Source: Octopus vulgaris (lineage: Eukaryota). Taken from it: a stretch of 64,000 bases of DNA. The number at the start of each line of letters is the position of its first letter. The first letter of the stretch is position 1. The DNA lies in assembly GCA_951406725.2 (NCBI GenBank), contig OX597832.1:61690001-61754000 (forward strand). The letters run 5' to 3'. The translations under genes were made by a program, and so were the position numbers. The notes beneath the pieces were generated by a model. The model was not told the origin of the DNA and searched no databases. It worked only from the letters and a program-made list of their open reading frames with translations. This document shows positions 1-13,037 of this stretch, piece by piece.

Positions 1-454
1 GTGTATATATATATATATGTATATATGTGTGTATATATATATACATATATATATACATGTGTGTATGTGTGTATGTGTGTGTGAGTGTGTGTTTGTGTGT
101 GTCTGTATATATATATATATGGGGGGTGTAGGTGTGTGTGTGGGGGGTGTATTATATAGCGCCTCCAGCTACACAGACAAATCCTGGTAGACCCGCCAAA
201 CTATTCACTACAAACGAACACGACTTATCTTGAATTTCCACACACACACGCACACACACGCACACACACACACACACACACATGTAACTGGGTAAGTCAT
301 TGCTCATTACTCAGAGTAATACAGAGTGATGGACATACATATATACATATATACATGCATGCGTGCATAGATACACATATGTGTATATACGTTGTAAATC
401 ACACAGTACAGAGCTAAAAGTAGATGTATCAACAATGGATTCACAAGACGCTGG

Positions 455-790
455 TCAAGTGGAATATACTAGAAAAGCTATAATCAGCAAGTTAACATTG
501 TTGCTTGAAACGGATAACAATATAAATTTAAATTCGGGTAACATGTGTGACATTTAAAGACAGATATACGTAGAATATACACTCGTTTCGAAATATAAAC
601 GAAGACTCATTTGTGGGCTATGATCAACAAATAAAGAGGACCGTAAAAACCAATGCAATCTTTTACTTATATAATTTGTGAGGTGCAGCTTGTTCACTGC
701 TGAAAAATATTATATATTTTGGCAACCGAATATATTTGATCAACAGACGAGTAAGGTGATAAAATAATGCAAATAACAGCTTAGTTCTGA
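455..790 (+). mobile_element. Degenerate Penelope-like element (PLE) GIY-YIG endonuclease remnant
   Basis: Manual translation across stops and frameshifts gives TRKAIISKLTLLLETDNN / IRVTCVTFKDRYT*NIHSFRN / RCSLFTAEKYYIFW / LINRR. This matches the PLE endonuclease pattern YIGxTxxTFKxRyxNHxxSFR...RCxLCxxEKyxI...LNKR. Confidence 0.6.
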
Positions 791-1184
791 ATTGTAATGA
801 GGTTAAATATCTAGTGACGTCAAAGCAACTGAGCTGGCAATTGTACCACTGCAGTACGAAATACGACACCGTAAACACTACAGCTTATGTAGGTAGAGTA
901 AAGTATTTGACGAATTAACCAATGAATACGAACGACAATTTACAGATTACAATAACTGAAAAACAGCGGAACAGAATGAAATTTAGCGACATCAGGCAGA
1001 AACTGCACAAGGTTGTACTATGAAAATTGAAGTGATTACGAATTTAGTGAAACCGAATATAATCATAAAAATTGACCAGGTCGTAAATAACGTTAACAGG
1101 GCAATACTTAGTAAGATATGCGGTAATACAATAGCGGCAAAATACAGTGTAATATATGGTGTAATGCCGAAATTGTGGGACAGA

Positions 1185-1830
1185 CTGGGAATGTAGAGAC
1201 TGGAAGTAGGCAAGGGGGAGACTTTTTCCGTTTGCGAGAGTAAGGATCGTGCTAAATGAATGTGTGCGGAAGAGGAGAAGGGAATGAGATGTCGAATAGA
1301 AAAAATGGGATATAAATAAGTAGGTAAAAAAAGGAATGAGTTGGACGGAATCGTGTATACTTGAAGGGAATTATTTTGAGGCAGGAATGAAGTGAAGGAG
1401 GCACAAATGGGTCTTTGAGGCAGAATGAGTATGGGGAAGGTATTGAAAGTTTGGAGTGGGAATGCGAGTAGGGACTGATATGAAGATGTGGGGACAGGGA
1501 AAATTTGTGGGACGGGAATGAGAGAGTTTGAGGGAATGAGTTTGCGGGACAAGAAAAAGTTGTGGCAGGAAATGCGTATGCAGGAAGTGAACGAGTGTAT
1601 GCTGCGGGAATAAGTGTGTGGGATAAGAATGAATGTGTGGGATAAGAATGAATGTGTGGGATGGGATCGCCTATTTGGGAGAGGAATTAGTGCGGAGGAC
1701 GGCAGAGTGTTGCGGGGTAAGAATGAGTAATTGGGAAAGAAAAGAGTCTACCAGCTGGTGATGGATGTGTTGTGGGGAGAATGAGTATCAGGAGAGAGAG
1801 ATGTGTGTAGGGTGACAGCAAGAGATGTGA
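1185..1830 (+). repeat. Degenerate purine-rich minisatellite, about 19-bp unit (GGATAAGAATGAATGTGTG-like)
   Basis: Two near-exact tandem units at about 1621-1660 and many diverged GGGAATGAG-type units. The + strand is strongly G/A biased. Confidence 0.65.
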
Positions 1831-1951
1831 AACTTTCTGGTGGTTTGCAATGTCGATAAGCAATGTAATGACGACGGTGGCGGCAGTGTTGATGAGGTGG
1901 TGGTCGTCGTATTGGTGGTGAATAGTGGTGATGATGATGATAATGAAGAAG

Positions 1952-1996
<45 letters not shown>

Positions 1997-2622
1997 TAAG
2001 TTGGTAACGATACTGATTACATTGAGGATCAAAAGGGCAAATAAGATAAAGAGAATGGCGGTGTTGTTGTTGACAATGTTGGTAATAGTGAAGACGGCCG
2101 TTCGAGTTGAGAGTTTTGCTGATAATGTAGGGAAGCAGACGACAATGATGACGATGATAATGATGATGACGACGACGGGAGTGGCAGCGGCGACGATGCT
2201 GACGTTGATGATAATGCCTACTATGACAAAGACGATGATGATGACGACATTCCGGACAATGATGACGTTAGGATATACGTTGTTGTTGGTAGTGGTGGTG
2301 ATAGCCACGGTAGTGTTGGTGGCGGCGACGGTGGCGGTGGAGGAGGGGGTGCTCTGTACTATTGTTGCCGTGATTAATGTCTTGTTTGGTTTCTTCGGTG
2401 AGATCAAAAGGTGATTGCGCTAATAATTGTAGTAGGGGTGGTGGCAGTGGTGGTAACGTTAATGGAAATAAAGGTGGTGGTGATGGTGGTGGTGGTGTAA
2501 GTGTGGTAGTGTGTTCAGTTTCAATTGTGAATGGGGTATTTTTCTAGTAGTGGTCATGATAACGATGGTCGTAGAGAGGTAGATAGTTAGACAGGATGGC
2601 ATCGGTGATAGCATTATTATTG

Positions 2623-2693
<71 letters not shown>

Positions 2694-2695
<2 letters not shown>

Positions 2696-2935
2696 GGCGG
2701 TGAGTTGGTAGAATCGTTAGCATACCGGACAAAATGCTTAGTGGCATTTCGTCTGTCGCTAAGTTCTGAGTTCAAATTCCGCCGAGGTCGACTTTGCCTT
2801 TTATCTTTTCGGGGTCGATAAATTAAGTACCAGTTACGCACTGGGGTCGATGTAATCGACTTAATCCGTCTGTCTGTCCTTGTTTGTCTCCTCTGTGCTT
2901 AGCCCCTTGTGGGTAGTAAAGAAATAGGTAGAAAG
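2694..2935 (+). mobile_element. tRNA-derived SINE, family A (ATT-associated), near full length
   Basis: Pol III A-box-like GGCGGTGAGTTGGTAGAA, B-box GAGTTCAAATTCC and central GCCTTTxATCxTTTCGGGGTCGATAAATTAAGTACCAG domain. More than 10 homologous copies or fragments occur in the window. Confidence 0.85.
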
Positions 2936-3283
2936 GATTATTATAATTATTAACACTAGTTGTGGTGGTGGTGGTGGTGGTGATGGTGATAGGAGGTAGT
3001 GATAGTAACGGAGATAGTCATGTTGGTAGAGATGATATTGGTAGTGTTGCTCGTAGAGGTGGTTGTGGTAGTAGCAGTGACGGTGGTGGAGATATTACAG
3101 TGCTCACACTAGTGTTGTTGCTTAGGGGTACCTTAGCGCAGTCCATAAAGTCGTTAATGTCGGTGTTGTTGTGGGGACGGTTAGAGAGGGCGTGGTTGCG
3201 GTAATAGTTACCCGGTAGTGGTATTAGTATGGGTGATAGTAGTGGTGGTGGTGGTACTGGTGATGGTAGTGATGGTAGTCCGA

Positions 3284-3550
3284 GGGTGTATGGTATAGTG
3301 ATTAGAGTGTTGTTTTCACAATTGCGTGATTATGGCTTCAGTTCCTTGAACGGGTGATGCGTCGTGTTATCCGGTAGAACCCTTCATTTCACGACCCTCT
3401 GCGATCAGTTCGACACCCAGCGTGTGGTACACCGCGCACCCGTTCAAACAATGTCGGTTTCAATGAAGGGAGCGAGTTAATGTACAGCACATCATGTAAC
3501 ATTCCATCACTAGAGACAAATCATTCGGGCAGGTCGTTCGGCAAGAAGTC
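3284..3550 (+). mobile_element. tRNA-derived SINE, family D (degenerate)
   Basis: tRNA-like head (TGGTATAGTGATTAGAG...GGCTTCAGTTCC) followed by a unique body. A related degenerate head occurs at about 44830-44960. Confidence 0.5.
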
Positions 3551-3600
3551 TACTATGATGATGACGATGATGATAAGGACGGTGATGATGACGGTGATGA

Positions 3601-3631
<31 letters not shown>

Positions 3632-4018
3632 AGTGGTGATGGTGGTGGTGGTGGTAATGATAATAAAGATGGTGGTGGTGGTGGTGTTGATGATGATCGT
3701 CGACGTTGTCATCATCACCATCATCATCACCTCCACCATCATCACCATCATCGTCGTAGTCGTCGACGTTGTCGTTATCACCACCATCACCATCATCATC
3801 GTCACCTTCATCACCATTCCTCCTTCTCTTCCTCCTCCTCCTCCTCCTCCTTCTCATCATCATCATCATCATCATCGTCGTCGTCGTCGTCGTCAACATC
3901 ACCTCCATCATCCTTGTCATCATCATTATCATCGTCACCTTCATCGTTATCCTCTTCCTCATCCTCACCTAATCCACCACATCCTGCCCTAATCCACCTC
4001 CTCCTCCCCTAATCCACC

Positions 4019-4062
<44 letters not shown>

Positions 4063-4702
4063 GTCGTCATTGATGGAAGTGGGGTAGGTTGTTGTGGTGA
4101 TCGTACTGTGTAGTAGTGAATGCAGTATTGGTAGTAATAGCATCAGTAGATGCAGTGGTGATGGTGATGGTGAAGGTGATGGTGAGGGTGAAGGTGATGG
4201 TGTTGACGAAGGTCGACGTGCCAGTGATGACCAACATTGGTGTCACAATCGGCGCGTCGAGCAAAATACCTCCCTTTAACCCCTGAGTTTGCTTTGACTA
4301 TTCGTCCTTTTAACAAATTTATAAACCTTATGATGTTTGTGATCCAGCACGACCGCGGTCTCATGATTAGAAATACTTTATCTAATGCTTCCTTCGTATT
4401 TTGAGTAGATGCGGTTTTATTCGAATGGGTTTCGGCTGCCATTTCTAGCAGATCGAATAACCGCGTTACAGTTTCCCTCGGTAGTTGTTGTTGTTGCTGC
4501 TGCAGCTGCATTTGTTGTTGTTGTTCCTATTGATGTAGCTGTTGTTATAACTGGTCTTGCTATTCTTGTGCGCAGATCGAGAAGGCGACGAGATACAAGT
4601 TTATATTCTTATCGTTTCCTGTCACAGATAGGACTTTCAAACATTTAAATTTATTTTAGCCGTGTTCTTCATAAATTATATTTCGTGCCACACACGGACA
4701 CG

Positions 4703-4733
<31 letters not shown>

Positions 4734-4739
4734 TTAAAC

Positions 4740-5080
4740 AGATATACACGACAAATAGGTTTCAATTATATTGTTTTGAAAGGCGCGTACCTCTTATATC
4801 GGTTTCTTTTGCCGAAAAGCTAAGTTTCAGAGAAGTAAACAAACCAACACCGGTTGTCAAACGGTGGTAGGAGACGGACACACATACACACTCACTCACA
4901 GAGACACACATACACATATAAGAGTATACGGTGGGCTTCTTTCAGTTTCCGTCAATCAAGTCTACACACAAGATTTTGCTCTGTCCGGAGCAATAGTAGA
5001 AGACACTTTCGTAAGGTACTCTGGGATAGAACACAGGACTGTGTGATTGAGAATTATACTTCTTTCCACATAACCACGCC
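4740..5080 (-). mobile_element. SINE family B, diverged copy
   Basis: Homologous to the copies at 26092-26503 and 59052-59441 (ccggttgtcaa, gggcttctttcagtttccgtc, tagtagaagacact). Confidence 0.75.
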
Positions 5081-5130
5081 GCTTTTTTCTTTCTTTTTGA
5101 TGTATACATAAACACCTACACACACACACA

Positions 5131-5219
<89 letters not shown>

Positions 5220-5668
5220 GCACATAAATATATGTATATGCATATAGGCACATACACACAGAGACATAACATGTGTCCGGTTGCGTATGTGTGTGTATGT
5301 GTGTGCGTGTGTGCGTGCGTGCGTGTCTCTGACTGTGTCCACACTACAGTTCTTTCGTCGATGTTTGTGACATTTTCTGGTCACAAATAATTATCATCGT
5401 TCTTTCAGCCATGTTTTGAAAACCTCTACGTTAAAAGATTGTTTCCGCTAAGGGGTTTTAATACGTAGATGGTAAAAAATGGGTTACCTCGATTGATTAA
5501 ACTTTGTTCAGGGTTAAGTATACAATTTTTCAATTACTCACCCATTGTGATGTACGCCTAGAGTTCAACTAAAGACTTCCAGTCTATTTTCTACTCTTTC
5601 TCCATTGAATATTATAAAAATATGTTGAACCACGTGATCTAACAAACTTCTAGAATTGCATTACATTT

Positions 5669-5970
<302 letters not shown>

Positions 5971-6161
5971 TACTCATACCTCTCTCTGTCTATTTATCAG
6001 CACTCATATACAAGCATACACACACACACACATTCACACGTCTATAAACGCATACACGTCAATATTTATACATACTTACATACACGAGCACTCATAGACA
6101 CATATTCTCAAGTAAACACAGAAATAGTGATTTATTACCATAAAAAATACACACTCTCCCC

Positions 6162-6199
<38 letters not shown>

Positions 6200-6627
6200 A
6201 ACCTATACATTTAAACTGACATACCAGCTTAAACCATACGCATATACGTACACAAAGACACACGCATGCGCACAATAACAGTCATAGATCAAGACACATA
6301 CACTCAAAGTCACGCCTCCACACACAAGCTAACCTACATAGACACACACATAATCATCTGTATATGTAATATTACACACAACCATACGTATTCAAATACA
6401 CGCACAAAACCGCACACACACATATACCCACACACACAAAAACACGCAAACACACGTTTATATACACATCACCCGCATACACATACAAGCGTGGACATAC
6501 TCATACACACACGTATACACACTCATATGTGAATACACCCGGACACATACGTACAATCATATACATGCACACATGTACTCCCATGTGTACTGACATACAC
6601 AAACATATTTATATATATATATACATG

Positions 6628-6691
<64 letters not shown>

Positions 6692-6928
6692 TACATACAT
6701 ATATATGTTCATGCTTACACGTTCATACCCGTATATTCATGCACAGACATAGACACACATACACATCTAGAATATAACGTGTTATTTATCATAAGTGTCT
6801 CAGCTGGCTCAGAATTAAGATCCTCCCACCCGGGTAGGTCGATAGCACCACCCTGACACCTCTACCCCCTTTTACAGAAGACTTCTATTCTTAGAGTTCA
6901 GTCTAACCTGGGACATCCTAACATTGCA

Positions 6929-6988
6929 TCACATAAAACATCACATGACACAGCATCACATGACATTAGGTCACATGACTTGACGTCA
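6929..6988. promoter_or_regulatory. Candidate cis-regulatory cluster: three TCACATGA E-boxes plus a canonical CRE (TGACGTCA)
   Basis: TCACATGA at 6941, 6956 and 6971, and TGACGTCA at 6981-6988, in a non-repetitive island upstream of a CT-rich tract. Function is inferred only. Confidence 0.3.
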
Positions 6989-7205
6989 TCCACCGTCTGA
7001 GTCTGTCTGTCTGTCTGTTAGGCTCCGAATCTTCCCCCCTCTCTCTCTCTTTCAATGTCTTCTGTGTCTGTCTCACCCTCATTCTCTCTCCCTCCTTTTA
7101 TCTAATCATCTTTCCCCTCATTCCATTACTTTTCTCTGCCTCCGCTCCCTTTCTCTGTCTCTATCTATCTGTCTGTCTGCCTGTCTCGCTTTCACTTTCT
7201 CTATT

Positions 7206-7254
<49 letters not shown>

Positions 7255-7424
7255 TTCATTCCTTCTCTCTCTCTCTCTCTCTCTCTCTCCGTCCTTCCCT
7301 CTCTCTCTTTCCGTCCTTCCCTCTCTCTCTCTCTGTCGTCCTCTCTCCTTTTCAATCGCCCTATCACTTCTCTCAGCAGAAAGTGAGCAATGCTAGACAA
7401 CAAAGCACCCACACAATGCGCTTC

Positions 7425-7479
<55 letters not shown>

Positions 7480-7794
7480 GTAAATGTCTATGCCGCATAT
7501 GTACGTATATGTCTATGCGTCTGAATGTTATGTATATACCTATCAACTGATGTGTGTCTTTCACTATAGTTGTGTACGCGTGAATGCGAGTGTGCGCGCC
7601 TGTGTGCATTCGCGCCCTTCCCGAAACACACACACAGACACCATTGTCAGCCTCAAATATATAATTGTATATGCATCAATATATGCAAATCTACATGCAT
7701 TTTCCTCCATATGCAAATATAATTTATATGATTGTGTATACATACATATATAGATATAATAATATTAACATAATGTATAATTATATATATGCAC

Positions 7795-7825
<31 letters not shown>

Positions 7826-8145
7826 CATATATTTTTTATATGTATATACTTATGTGTGTATAAATGTGTATATATATATATATATGTATATACATATATA
7901 TGTATATATATATGCATATATATATATATATTTATATATATATATACCTATAAATATTTACATGTATATATATCCCTAAGTATATATAGAAACATGTATA
8001 CATGCATACACTTACACACATATTTATATATATACGTGTCTCTAGTGTATATGTATGTATATATATATGTACGTGTATGCATATGTATATCTATCTATTT
8101 ATAAAACGTATCTGTCTATCTAACGGTCTCTCTATAAATAAATAG

Positions 8146-8191
<46 letters not shown>

Positions 8192-8430
8192 CACTGAGAA
8201 GGATTTAGTCGGCCCGAAGCTATAGAACTAGACACTTTCCCAAGGGGGTATAAAGTGGGACTGAACCCGGAACCATGTGGTTGGAAAGCAAGCGACTTAT
8301 CACCCAGCTCTTCCTGTCGTTACGTTCCGAGTTCAAACTCCGCCGAGGTCGATGTAATCGACTTATTTCGTTTGTTTGTCCTTGTGTGTCCCCTTTGTGT
8401 TTAGCCTCTTGTGGGTAGTAAAGAAATATA

Positions 8431-8468
<38 letters not shown>

Positions 8469-8649
8469 CATGAATATATACATACATATATGTATATATA
8501 TATATATATGTTTATCTCCCCTTCGTCACTGTATATAAGGACACAGGAAAAATGTGCCAAAGCCATCAGGAGGCGTCGATGCTTCCTAGGGCTAAATAGC
8601 GGTGTGTAACCCCCTACTGTCACGTTCACGTTAGATTGACAGTATACAA

Positions 8650-8698
<49 letters not shown>

Positions 8699-9062
8699 TA
8701 AACACACACACACATACGCACACGCACGTACGTACTACATGCCAACCAGACTGTGCTTTTTGTCTTCCAAGTCTTGAAACCTGTAGAGTACAGGGCACCT
8801 GGTATATTTATATGTGACACAGATATAAGTAATTGTGGAATTTTTGTGCGTAGGCGCAAGTGAAACTTGTATAATTGTGTTCGACACGCACACGCGCGCA
8901 CACCTGCTCACTGACACGTAGAAACACAGACACATAGACTCACAGAAACACACGCACACATCTGTTAGTGAATATAATGAATGAGAGATAGAGAGGTAGT
9001 CAGACAAGCGATATACAGATAGATTGACAGATAGATAGATAAATAGATATATAGATAGATAT

Positions 9063-9103
<41 letters not shown>

Positions 9104-9134
9104 CAGACCAACAGACAGATAGATAGATAGATAA

Positions 9135-9416
9135 CTTTCTTTATTGGCCACACAGGGCTGGACATAGAGGGGACAAATACATATGTAGAGCTTTTCTTTC
9201 CTAGATGGAAAAGGAAAAAGAAAAGAAAAGGAAACAAATGTAAAATTTCGATAAAAAGGGATCGGGAAAAACAGCGATCAAAAGGGATCGCGTATCACAG
9301 AAAGAATTTTTTTTTAAAGTAACAAACAAGATTAGGTTCATATGTGGAAAGAAAAACCTACAGAAAAGATCACAGTAACCTCAGCCAGGGAGGAAATAAA
9401 CACATGAGAGCAAAGT

Positions 9417-9452
<36 letters not shown>

Positions 9453-10518
9453 GATTTACAGGATCATGCTCAAAGTGGTTTCGTCACTCGCACGCACCAT
9501 CTTTGTTACATTCACCCACCTTTTTTGAAACTTTTGTCTCTCCATTCTCACCTTCCTTTTCAAGTGGTACTTGAAAAAGTTGATGAGCGATTGACCAGAG
9601 AGGTAAGTGTTTGTCTCTAATCATTTCGCTCGAGTCCACCACACATTCTTTCACCATAGCCACCAGTACGATGAAAACTGCCTTGCCTTCCCGGTTGAGG
9701 GAAGGGGGCAGTGCAATTCATCCAACAGACTCGGCCGACAGGCGGACTCGTACCACCTGAACAAGTAATGCTTCTCGATAGCACTGCCAGGCCTGGGATC
9801 TTTGGTAATTGTCCATAGGTCCTGGCCCGAAAGTTGTCCCGAAGAAACGGGTCAGGTGTCTCTCGTCGACGCCCAGATTCTGCCCGAGAACTTCGTCGCA
9901 TCTCCCCTCCACTAATCCTCTGCAGAACGCCTTTGTTGTAATGAAGTCACACAAATTTGGTCCCGGGCGGCAGAGTTGCTTGAGAGCAACGCGACACTCG
10001 CGGTGCCATTCGCCTAGCCTCGGTCACTGTTTGATCCACGATTGTAGTTCAGCCAAGGAGACGAGCTGCGGGAAAGCGCATCGCACAAAAGGCAACCACA
10101 CCTATTCACCATCATTTATGAAGCGCCAGAGATGTCGCAGTCTCAGCACATGTCTGCGCATCATCAACAACGGTATGCCTAACCCTCTATTTAGCGGGTG
10201 TTGATAGCAAATGGATCGCCTAACCATCGGAACGCTTCCCTTCCACAGGAAGCGGAAGAGTATGCGTTCCAGTTTGGTGATGGTAGGGTCGGGACAAGGC
10301 ACGACGGTCAGACGGTACTCGATGACGGATGCCATGTACGCGTTCGCCACCTCCGCCCGACCTTTTAGGAATAGCTTCATCTCAGCTCATTGCTGGCTCA
10401 GAGTGGCTACCCTAGTCATTATTTCGCCCCATTTGGAGGTCTGGACCGAACCAGACTCCGAGCAATTTAACCGGTCCGTCGGTCCAGTGTCCCACGATAG
10501 AGACGCTGTTGGACGGCA
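9135..10518 (-). mobile_element. 5'-truncated, degenerate L1/Tx1-clade LINE (ORF2 RT C-terminal part plus 3' UTR)
   Basis: Minus-strand peptides WTDGPVKLLGVWFGPDLQ, LFLKGRAEVANAYMAS...LFRFLWKGSVPMVRRSICYQHPLNRGLGIP and NYQRSQAWQCYREAL match the L1/Tx1 ORF2 post-RT region. AATAAA at 9140-9145 (minus) precedes a (TATC)n tract. Confidence 0.85.
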
Positions 10519-10605
10519 GAAGCAAGCTCATGCCATCCAACAACGTCTCCATCGTGGGACACTGGACCGACGGACCGGTTAAATTGCTCGGAGTCTGGTT
10601 CAGTC
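10444..10605. repeat. 75-bp inverted duplication (hairpin) at the 5' end of the LINE
   Basis: Arms 10444-10518 and 10531-10605 are reverse complements with 4 mismatches, separated by a 12-nt spacer. Confidence 0.95.
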
Positions 10606-10669
<64 letters not shown>

Positions 10670-10833
10670 GGATAGATAGATAGATAGATAGATAATTAAA
10701 GAAAGAGACCGATAAATAGACAGACAAACAGACACATAGATAGCTAGATAGATAGATATATAGATATATAGATAGATAGATAGATATATAGATAAATAGG
10801 TAGACAAATAGATAAATTGAGAGATAGATAGAG

Positions 10834-10869
<36 letters not shown>

Positions 10870-10870
10870 G

Positions 10871-10925
<55 letters not shown>
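10606..10925. repeat. (GATA)n/(GACA)n microsatellite
   Basis: Directly visible. A matching tract at about 9010-9133 lies on the other side of the LINE. Confidence 0.95.
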
Positions 10926-10928
<3 letters not shown>

Positions 10929-11452
10929 GGAATGTAATCCACAAGTGTTTTTTGATGAATGCATAATGCTCACGTCGGAACCAAGGTGTCGTTCCATTGC
11001 CTTTTTTTACCCGGCTTTACATTCTTGAGGAGGGAGAATAAAACATGTCATAATCCATGAAGATCCGAAATTCTTTCACGTTTCTCTTACCAATATACAC
11101 CGTGTTATTCTTCGTAATAATCTACCATAATTATGGTGGTGTTTCGGTTGCGTCAATGGCGTCTGCTACTGAAATCTTTGTGATGTCTAATTAGGCTCTC
11201 TGCATTTTCAGTTCAAATCCAACCGAGGCCACCTCAAAAGTTGTTCGTTCGTTTTTGGTGTTATATAAATTGCCAGCCTCTCAGAGGGGGATGATGGAGA
11301 AAGCGATAGGCTACGGTTATACGTTCTTATTTTCTATCCCCTTCTGATCCCTGATGAAGAAGCGGTATAATGGTGGACATTCCCTCCCTGAACATTCCAT
11401 CTGTCTATCAGTCTAGATTATACTTATATGTGTGTGTTTGTGTGTGCGTATG

Positions 11453-11705
<253 letters not shown>

Positions 11706-12004
11706 CCTGAGAAAACCATGGGGCAGTCCTAGCAGGAATGTCTTTCGTTTTAGTTTTTGTTGAAACCGAGCTCAGGTGGGAAACTAAGCAACAGCACGCT
11801 GCTGTTGTAATTGGATGATTCTCTTCTATTTTTTGTTTTCTTTTTCTCATTTTTTATTTTGAAACCATCCGGGTTTTTTATTGTAACAATACGATATATT
11901 TCGCCTACTCTCTTCCCCCACCTCTCTATTTTCCTTTCTCTCTTCTCTCTCAATTTTTTATCTTTCCCCCTCTCTCACTAGATGTACACAATCACTTTAT
12001 AGAA

Positions 12005-12052
<48 letters not shown>

Positions 12053-12054
12053 AG

Positions 12055-12109
<55 letters not shown>

Positions 12110-12684
12110 GTATGTATGTATGTATGTATGTATGTGTGTGTATATACATGCGCTTGACAATTGTTATTTGTTCTCGTCATTTTATTCGTTTTCGTTCGTA
12201 AAGAAAAGAAACGGGTAGCATTTCACACACTGGAACAACATTCTGCAAAATAGAAGTTAAATATAAATAAAAAAAAGAAATTATCTATCCATCTACACAC
12301 ACACACATACACACATGTATATATATATATATATATATCTGATTTCGCTTGTCCCACTCCTTCTTATCAGTTCCTTGGTGAAAATGGGCTGCATTAAAAA
12401 TAGAAAGCAAACAAAAAGATAGAGGAATATAAAAAAAACAAAAAAAACAAAAACGGGGTTTTTAATCATACAACTCTTTGTTACTATTGTATAAACAAAA
12501 GCGTCACGTGGCCACTGTCAGAAATTGAACTGACGACATAACTACGCCAAACAAAAGTGTCACGTGAACGCTGCCATAAACTGAACGCCATAACTATTGT
12601 ACTTATAAATAACGTTTTCTACCTTGTTTTAATATTTTATATTTCTTTCTTCTTAGCTTATTTTATTTTATTTCATTTTGTTGG

Positions 12685-12735
<51 letters not shown>

Positions 12736-13037
12736 TGTAAATTTTTGATACCAGCTTTTCTTTGAAAATAAATCAAAACATAAGAACGATATTTATTTTA
12801 AAATTTGTATGATTCCAAGTAATTAAAAACTGGACATCAGTAATACCATGGAACGTAAAAAATTTGATTTGCCTTCTCTGAAACAACGGAACGAATGAGT
12901 AAATATCTAAAAATATTAACTAAAACACACCCTGCCAATAACATTATTTCTTTTGGCATTTTTATTTGGCTTTATCCGTATTTTCTTTGCCTTTCAAAAC
13001 AGCCTGTGGATTTATTATCATTTTTATTGCCTGCCGT

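Larger units (their letters stand above)
1865..4240. repeat. Compound trinucleotide low-complexity region (GAT/GGT/CAT/CCT/ATT) with embedded SINEs
   Basis: Directly visible. It explains the poly-His/Met/Asp/Val ORFs in the track. Confidence 0.9.

Noticed and set aside
992-1552. 186-aa minus-strand ORF
   Set aside because: It is the stop-poor complement of the purine-rich minisatellite, and no domain is recognisable.
8771-8801. Possible 30-nt exon LKPVEYRAP
   Set aside because: The AAG acceptor and GTATAT donor are weak, and no homology was recognised.
11351-11365. CTGATGAAG motif
   Set aside because: It is isolated, with no stem II or GAAAC.
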